DNA of 64,000 nt from an uncultured Gammaproteobacteria bacterium (GTDB taxonomy: Bacteria > Patescibacteriota > Microgenomatia > UBA12405). A program made the position numbers and the translations under genes. The notes under the pieces are model-generated. The model searched no databases. It was not told where the DNA came from and saw only the letters and a list, made by a program, of their open reading frames with translations. Shown here piece after piece: positions 58,939-64,000 of the stretch. Location of the stretch: NCBI GenBank assembly GCA_964408995.1, contig CAYPBP010000001.1, forward strand, positions 10,823 through 74,822, in the 5' to 3' direction. Within the stretch, counting starts at the first letter, position 1, and each line of letters opens with the position of its first letter.

Positions 58939-59372
58939 TTATTACCCCATTATTAATAATCGCCACTATTTTAATTTGGCGTTTATTTTTTTATATGCCA
59001 TCAGCAGAATTTATTAATCTGAATATTAAAGATCAAAAATATAAAATCGAATTAGCCAAAACTTCTGCTCAAAAAATCAAAGGTTTATCAAAAAGAGAAA
59101 AACTTTGTAAAAATTGTGGCATGCTTTTTATTTTTGCTTTTGAAACCGAACTTCCTTTTTGGATGAAAGACACTCTGATTCCTCTTGACATTATTTGGCT
59201 TAATAAAGATGGTAAAGTAGTTGATATTCAAACAGCCACCACTACCAGCTCTCAAAAAATTTATAAAAATAAATCAAAAGCTCAATATGTTTTAGAACTA
59301 AATGCCACTGATTCTCAAAAATTGAATTTAAATATCGACGATATTATTCAATTACCCAATTTCAATGACTAA
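58917..59372 (+). CDS. DUF192-family protein
   Basis: CGMLFIFAFETELPFWMKDTLIPLDIIWLNKDGKVVDI signature; RBS aggaga before ATG 58917 (track start 58893 is TTG). Confidence 0.55.
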   Translation: MSKNIILIITPLLIIATILIWRLFFYMPSAEFINLNIKDQKYKIELAKTSAQKIKGLSKREKLCKNCGMLFIFAFETELPFWMKDTLIPLDIIWLNKDGKVVDIQTATTTSSQKIYKNKSKAQYVLELNATDSQKLNLNIDDIIQLPNFND

Positions 59373-60384
59373 AAAATCCAGAGCACCAGAGCACCAGAGC
59401 ACCAGAGCACCAAATTTCTCCATAATCATTCCCAACTACAACGGTGCTCAATTTATAGCTGATTGTTTGAACTCACTTTATCAATCAATTCAAAATTGTC
59501 CCAATTCAGAATTTGAAATAATTCTTGTCGACAATGGATCTAAAGATAATAGTATTGAAATTTTTCAAAAAATAATTCCCAAAAATATTCACTATAAAAT
59601 TTTATTGAATTCTCAAAATAAAGGTTTTGCCCCAGCTGTTAATCAAGGCATAAATAAAGCCAAATATGAATATGTTGTCTTACTAAATAATGACTTAACT
59701 ATGGAACCTGATTGGTTTCAATTAATTTCTAATCAAATAAAAATTAATAAAGATCCAAAAATCACTACTTTCTTTGGCACAGTTTTGACTAAAGATGGCT
59801 CTAAATTTGAATCCCAAGGTTTAGAGTTTTTCTATTCTGGCAAAGCTCAAAATATCTCCAATGGCAAAGATTTTACCCCATCTACGACCTACGACCTACA
59901 ATCTACTAAACTAGTTTGGGGTGCTTCCGCCGCTCTAGTTGTTTACAAAAAAGAAACTCTAGAAAAAATTGGCCTCTTTGATGAAGATTTTTTTGCCTAT
60001 GAAGAAGATGTTGATTTGGCCCTGCGACTCCACAATTTAAACTATAAAACTCTTTATATCCCCGCTGCCATTTCCTATCATATAGGAGGCGGAACCAGCA
60101 ACAAAATGGGGATTTTTAGATACAAAATGGATGCTAAAAATTGGATTTACATTATAATCAAAAACTTTTCCAAAAAAGAAATAATAACTAATTTACCCAA
60201 AATTATAGAAGAACGATTAAGAAACTTATCTGGTTTAAGTAAGCAAACTATTCGTATTTATAAACTGAAATCAATTTTCTATTTACCATACATATTATTT
60301 TCTACTTACGGTGAAGTTTTAGTTAAACTACCAAAAATGTTTAACAAACGTAAATCTATCAAAAAACTTGATAGACTATGCTAA
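59365..60384 (+). CDS. glycosyltransferase family 2 with octamer repeat in its 5' end
   Basis: FSIIIPNYNGAQF...VDNGSKDNS...VLLNNDL motifs; N-terminal SRAPEHQSTRAP encoded by repeat. Confidence 0.65.
   Translation: MTKKSRAPEHQSTRAPNFSIIIPNYNGAQFIADCLNSLYQSIQNCPNSEFEIILVDNGSKDNSIEIFQKIIPKNIHYKILLNSQNKGFAPAVNQGINKAKYEYVVLLNNDLTMEPDWFQLISNQIKINKDPKITTFFGTVLTKDGSKFESQGLEFFYSGKAQNISNGKDFTPSTTYDLQSTKLVWGASAALVVYKKETLEKIGLFDEDFFAYEEDVDLALRLHNLNYKTLYIPAAISYHIGGGTSNKMGIFRYKMDAKNWIYIIIKNFSKKEIITNLPKIIEERLRNLSGLSKQTIRIYKLKSIFYLPYILFSTYGEVLVKLPKMFNKRKSIKKLDRLC
59378..59411. repeat. perfect tandem octanucleotide repeat (ccagagca) x4, codons 5-16 of GT2 gene
   Basis: ccagagcaccagagcaccagagcaccagagcacc. 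Confidence 0.9.
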
Positions 60385-60405
60385 TTAAAATTTAAAAACT
60401 AAAAT

Positions 60406-60436
60406 TCTAGTGCTCTAAAGCTCTAAAACTCTAAAA
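60406..60436. repeat. degenerate period-8 array (gtgctcta/aagctcta/aaactcta) immediately upstream of GT4 start
   Basis: tctagtgctctaaagctctaaaactctaaaatATG. Confidence 0.6.
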
Positions 60437-60437
60437 T

Positions 60438-61580
60438 ATGATCATCGGTATTGATATCTCCACCATTCCCTACAAAACTGGCGTCAGTAATTACACCTTA
60501 AATCTAATTAGAAATCTTTTAAAAATAGATAAGCTTAATACTTATAAATTTTTTTATTCATCCCTAAGACTTCCACTTCCAGAAGAAATTGTTCAACTAA
60601 AAAAAAGTCATTCCAACCTTGAAATTTATCAATTTAAATTACCACCAACCTTACTTCAAATTTTATGGAATCAACTTCACTTATTTCCAATCGAATTTTT
60701 TATTGGCAAATGCCATCTTTTTCATACTTCAGATTGGACTCAACCTCCAACATTAAAAGCCAAAACCATCACTACTGTCCATGACCTAACTCCTTTTTTG
60801 TTTCCAAAGTGGCATCATCCAAAAGTTGTTAAAGCTCATCACCACAAAATGAAATTGGCCATTAAAAAATGTAGTCAATTTATTTGTGTTTCCCAAAATA
60901 CTAAAAACGATTTATTGAAATTATTTCCCAAAGTTGATGCTCAAAAGATTACTGTCATTTATGAAGCTGCTGAAAATAAGTACGATAGTTTCTTAAAACT
61001 TAGTAAAGAAATTCAACAAAAAAAACTTGACACTATTAAAAAACAATATGGTCTTGATAAATTTATTCTAGCTCAAGGAACCAGAGAACCCCGAAAAAAT
61101 TTAAAAAGATTAATTGATGCTTTCATGATATTTAAAAAGAAGTACCCCAGTTGCCATGTTGAATTGGCTATTGCTGGTAAATATGGTTGGGGCCAAGATG
61201 TCGATGGTAAAAAAGATCCATCAATAAAAATACTTGGATTTATCCCCGAAAAAGATATGGTTGCTCTTCATGCCAGTACTATTTGTTTGGCTTATCCATC
61301 ACTTTATGAAGGTTTTGGTTTGCCTTTGGTAAAATCCCTAAAAGTTAAAGTCCCTATTATTACTAGTAATATTTCTTCTATGCCAGAAGTTGCCGGTAAA
61401 GCCGCTATTTATGTTAATCCAGAATCAACCTCTGAACTTGCAAAAGCCATTGAAACAATTGTTAAATCAGCTGCCACCAGAAACAGATTAAAATCTAGAA
61501 GTTTAGATCAAGCCAAAAATTTCAGTTGGATTAAAACCGCCAAAGAAAGCTTAAATGTCTATGTCAAAACCATTAACTGA
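60438..61580 (+). CDS. glycosyltransferase family 4 (GT-B)
   Basis: MIIGIDISTIP...; YEGFGLPLVKSL...ITSNISSMPEV motifs. Confidence 0.6.
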   Translation: MIIGIDISTIPYKTGVSNYTLNLIRNLLKIDKLNTYKFFYSSLRLPLPEEIVQLKKSHSNLEIYQFKLPPTLLQILWNQLHLFPIEFFIGKCHLFHTSDWTQPPTLKAKTITTVHDLTPFLFPKWHHPKVVKAHHHKMKLAIKKCSQFICVSQNTKNDLLKLFPKVDAQKITVIYEAAENKYDSFLKLSKEIQQKKLDTIKKQYGLDKFILAQGTREPRKNLKRLIDAFMIFKKKYPSCHVELAIAGKYGWGQDVDGKKDPSIKILGFIPEKDMVALHASTICLAYPSLYEGFGLPLVKSLKVKVPIITSNISSMPEVAGKAAIYVNPESTSELAKAIETIVKSAATRNRLKSRSLDQAKNFSWIKTAKESLNVYVKTIN

Positions 61581-62244
61581 CTATTACCAAAATAATTCAA
61601 ACAAATTTGGATGGGGGACTGATAATAAAATTTCTGATTACAAAATAAAAGAAATAATTCCTCATATTTCTGGTAAAAAAGTTCTTGATATAGGTTGTGG
61701 CCCAGGTCATTTGGTTGATATTTTGTCTAAAAAAGGTTTTGATTCTTTTGGTATCGATTCAACCCCTAGTTTTATTAACTATGCCAAAAAAAATAAAAAA
61801 GGTACTTTTAAAATTGGTAACGCCAATAAAACTCAATTTAAATCAAAAGAATTTGATACTGTAATTTTAAAAAGTGTTTTAGAACATTTAAAAGACGACA
61901 AAATAGCCCTAAAAGAAGCTCTAAGAATAGGTAAAAAAATAATCATAATTGTCCCTCAAAAAACTAGTTTTAAATTAAAAAAAAGAGGTTTAATTTACTC
62001 TCATTATCAAGACAAAAGTCATCTTAGAAACTACACCAAAAAATCATTAACCAAATTGATTAACTCTTGTAACGCTAAAATAATTAAATTAATCCCAATT
62101 GAACCCTTACCAATCAAATCCATCTTTTTTGAATTATTTATAGCTCCTAAATTACTAAAAAGAATAATCACAAAAATTTTCTTTTTAATTTTTAAACAAG
62201 AAAAATATTATTTAGAACTTTTAGTTATAATTAAAGCATGTTAA
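61555..62244 (+). CDS. class I SAM-dependent methyltransferase
   Basis: VLDIGCGPGHLVDIL motif I; about 100 aa later VLEHL. Confidence 0.6.
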   Translation: MSMSKPLTDYYQNNSNKFGWGTDNKISDYKIKEIIPHISGKKVLDIGCGPGHLVDILSKKGFDSFGIDSTPSFINYAKKNKKGTFKIGNANKTQFKSKEFDTVILKSVLEHLKDDKIALKEALRIGKKIIIIVPQKTSFKLKKRGLIYSHYQDKSHLRNYTKKSLTKLINSCNAKIIKLIPIEPLPIKSIFFELFIAPKLLKRIITKIFFLIFKQEKYYLELLVIIKAC

Positions 62245-63368
62245 TTGGTATTGATGGTAACGAAGCTAATATTAAAAACCGAGTTGGTGTTGGTCAATAT
62301 GCTTTTAATTTATTATTAAACATTTATTCCCTGGACAAAAAAAATAAATATATTATTTATTTAAAAGAAGAAGCCCAAGATGATCTGCCAAAAGCTAATC
62401 CTAACTGGCAATACAAAGTTTTTGGACCGAAAAAACTTTGGACTAAAATAGCCCTACCAATTAAATTGTTTACCCAATCAGATAAATTAGATTTATTCTA
62501 TTCACCTAGCCATTATTCACCATCTCTTTGCCCTTGTCCCACTGTTCCTACTATTCACGATTTAGGTTATCTTCAATCTCAAGATCAATTCACTAAAAAA
62601 GATTTATATCAATTAATCAATTGGACCGAAAAATCTCTCAAAAAATCCAGTCATATTATTACTGTTTCTAATTTTTCCAAAAACGAAATTGAAAAAATCT
62701 ACAAAATAAATCCTAAAAAAATTACTATTGCCTATAACGGAGTTAGTTCGCCACCAAAGATTGATACAAAAGATCAACAAAAAATCCTTTCTCTATACAA
62801 TCTTCAATCTAAAAACTATTATCTCTACTTAGGTACTCTTAAACCCAACAAAAACCTCCCATTTTTAATCAAATCTTTTTCTGAATTTATAAAAAAATCT
62901 AAAGCTCTAAAGATCCAAAGTTCTAACGTTCTAGTTATTGCTGGTAAAAAAGGCTGGCTCTTTGATGAAATTTTTAGTTGTGTCAAACAAGAAGGAATCG
63001 AAAACAATATTGTTTTCACTGACTTTATTGATGAATCTCAAAAGTGGACTTTGTATCAAAATGCTAAAGCTTTGATTATGCCAAGTCTTTATGAAGGTTT
63101 TGGTATTCCTGTTATTGAAGCCATGAAAGTAAACACTCCAGTAATTTCAAGTAATATTATCCCTTTAAAAGAAGTCCTTCAAAACAATGCTTTCTATTTC
63201 AACCCAACTAAAGAAAAAGAACTGATCGATCAATTAATCAAGTTTGAAAAACTTAATTCTTTAGGCATCAAAAAAATAACTGATAAAGCCAAGCTTAGGG
63301 CTGATTTTTTTAGCTGGCAAAACACTGCCAAATCAGTCATTTCTGTTTTTGAAAAATTTAAAAATTAA
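62238..63368 (+). CDS. glycosyltransferase family 4 (GT-B)
   Basis: MLIGIDGNEAN...; SLYEGFGIPVIEAMKVNTPVISSN. Confidence 0.6.
   Translation: MLIGIDGNEANIKNRVGVGQYAFNLLLNIYSLDKKNKYIIYLKEEAQDDLPKANPNWQYKVFGPKKLWTKIALPIKLFTQSDKLDLFYSPSHYSPSLCPCPTVPTIHDLGYLQSQDQFTKKDLYQLINWTEKSLKKSSHIITVSNFSKNEIEKIYKINPKKITIAYNGVSSPPKIDTKDQQKILSLYNLQSKNYYLYLGTLKPNKNLPFLIKSFSEFIKKSKALKIQSSNVLVIAGKKGWLFDEIFSCVKQEGIENNIVFTDFIDESQKWTLYQNAKALIMPSLYEGFGIPVIEAMKVNTPVISSNIIPLKEVLQNNAFYFNPTKEKELIDQLIKFEKLNSLGIKKITDKAKLRADFFSWQNTAKSVISVFEKFKN
62898..62935. repeat. degenerate period-8 array (tctaaagc/tctaaaga/tccaaagt/tctaacgt/tctag) inside GT4 coding sequence
   Basis: translated SKALKIQSSNVLV; same position in the GT4 fold as the array at 58459. 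Confidence 0.65.
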
Positions 63369-63377
63369 AATATAACT

Positions 63378-63407
63378 TTCTAATGCTCTAACCTTCTAAT
63401 GCTCTAT
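63378..63407. repeat. degenerate period-8 array (tctaatgc/tctaacct/tctaatgc/tctattta), intergenic
   Basis: ttctaatgctctaaccttctaatgctctattta upstream of acetyltransferase gene. Confidence 0.6.
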
Positions 63408-63427
63408 TTATTTGCTAAACTATTAAT

Positions 63428-64000
63428 ATGAAAGACCGAACCGGTAATAATTTAAACTCTAAGCAAATTTTTCAAAAAGTAATTATCCGTATTAAAACCA
63501 TTTTTCTAGAATTATTTTTGATGATTTTAAGATTTGTTGGCTATATTCCTATCCACAGCATCAGAAAGATATTCTATCTTGCCTCTGGCATTGATATCCC
63601 TTTTAATTCAACCATTCATATCGGAGCTAATTTCTTTAATCCTTCAAACATCACTATTGGCAATGACACTATTATCGGTGACCATTGTTTTTTGGATGGT
63701 CGAGATAAATTAACCATCGGCAGTCATGTTGGCATCGCCAGTCAAGTTTTAATTTACAACGATGAACACAATATTAATTCTGACAATTATGAAAATTCTT
63801 TTGGCCCAGTTGAAATTGGAGATTATGTTTTTATTGGACCAAGATCAATAATTTTACCCAATATTAAAATAGGTAAAGGTGCCGTTGTGGCCGCTGGAGC
63901 AGTGGTTACTAAAAATATTCCTGACTTTGAAATTTGGGGTGGAGTTCCAGCCCAAAAAATAAGTGATAGGAAAAATAAAAATCCAACTTATAAACTTGGT
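63428..64000 (+). CDS. hexapeptide-repeat (left-handed beta-helix) acetyltransferase, 3' end outside window
   Basis: ITIGNDTIIGDHCF, IGSHVGIASQVLI, IGDYVFIGPRSIILPNIKIGKGAVVAAGAVV hexapeptide repeats; frame open to window end. Confidence 0.65.
   Translation, partial: MKDRTGNNLNSKQIFQKVIIRIKTIFLELFLMILRFVGYIPIHSIRKIFYLASGIDIPFNSTIHIGANFFNPSNITIGNDTIIGDHCFLDGRDKLTIGSHVGIASQVLIYNDEHNINSDNYENSFGPVEIGDYVFIGPRSIILPNIKIGKGAVVAAGAVVTKNIPDFEIWGGVPAQKISDRKNKNPTYKLG

Noticed and set aside
1-64000. Search for transposase, integrase, rRNA or tRNA genes
   Set aside because: No ORF shows DDE/tyrosine or serine recombinase motifs. No rRNA-like or tRNA-like GC-rich structured segments were found by inspection. 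Apart from the intein, mobility is inferred only from repeats and duplications.

Overview
The window is strongly AT-rich bacterial DNA. TGA is used as a stop codon, so the standard genetic code applies. The gene content (many PMT_2/GT39-like membrane glycosyltransferases, small four-helix-bundle genes) suggests, as an inference only, a Patescibacteria/CPR-like genome. Nearly the whole 64 kb is one surface-glycan/glycosylation super-island. It holds more than 25 glycosyltransferase genes: six tandem GT-C (PMT_2-like) paralogues in a translationally coupled 17.6 kb operon; further GT-C, TPR-GT-C and DUF2142-like membrane proteins; six GT2; nine GT4; one GT9-like. Nucleotide-sugar modules are present: fnlA/fnlB/fnlC-like UDP-L-FucNAc genes with a WbuB-like GT4; ugd; galE; and a sugar kinase/nucleotidyltransferase fusion with a SIS isomerase and a small HAD phosphatase. 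There is a Gtr-like three-gene module, and both export routes are present (wzm/wzt-like ABC transporter and a wzx-like flippase). Also present are an acyltransferase-3 protein, a hexapeptide acetyltransferase, metK, a class I SAM methyltransferase, and a B12-binding radical SAM gene interrupted at its Fe-S cysteine motif by a 479-codon LAGLIDADG intein. Accessory content: an AbiEi/AbiEii toxin-antitoxin pair with an operator-like promoter; two inverted RhuM/Bro-N (DinD-like) modules sharing a conserved TTGACA-16-TATTAT promoter; a 2.3 kb Bro-N + AAA-ATPase cassette flanked by a duplicated wzt 3' end; two four-helix-bundle genes; three tandem mini winged-helix genes. Unusual DNA-level signals: perfect 8-bp tandem repeats (4 copies) inside the 5' coding ends of the wzt-like gene and a GT2 gene (candidate phase-variation switches); a dispersed family of degenerate period-8 'tctaaNNN' arrays in coding and intergenic DNA; and a 47-nt identical GC-rich hairpin element inserted in-frame in two unrelated genes. 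No rRNA, tRNA, CRISPR array, transposase or integrase was recognised.
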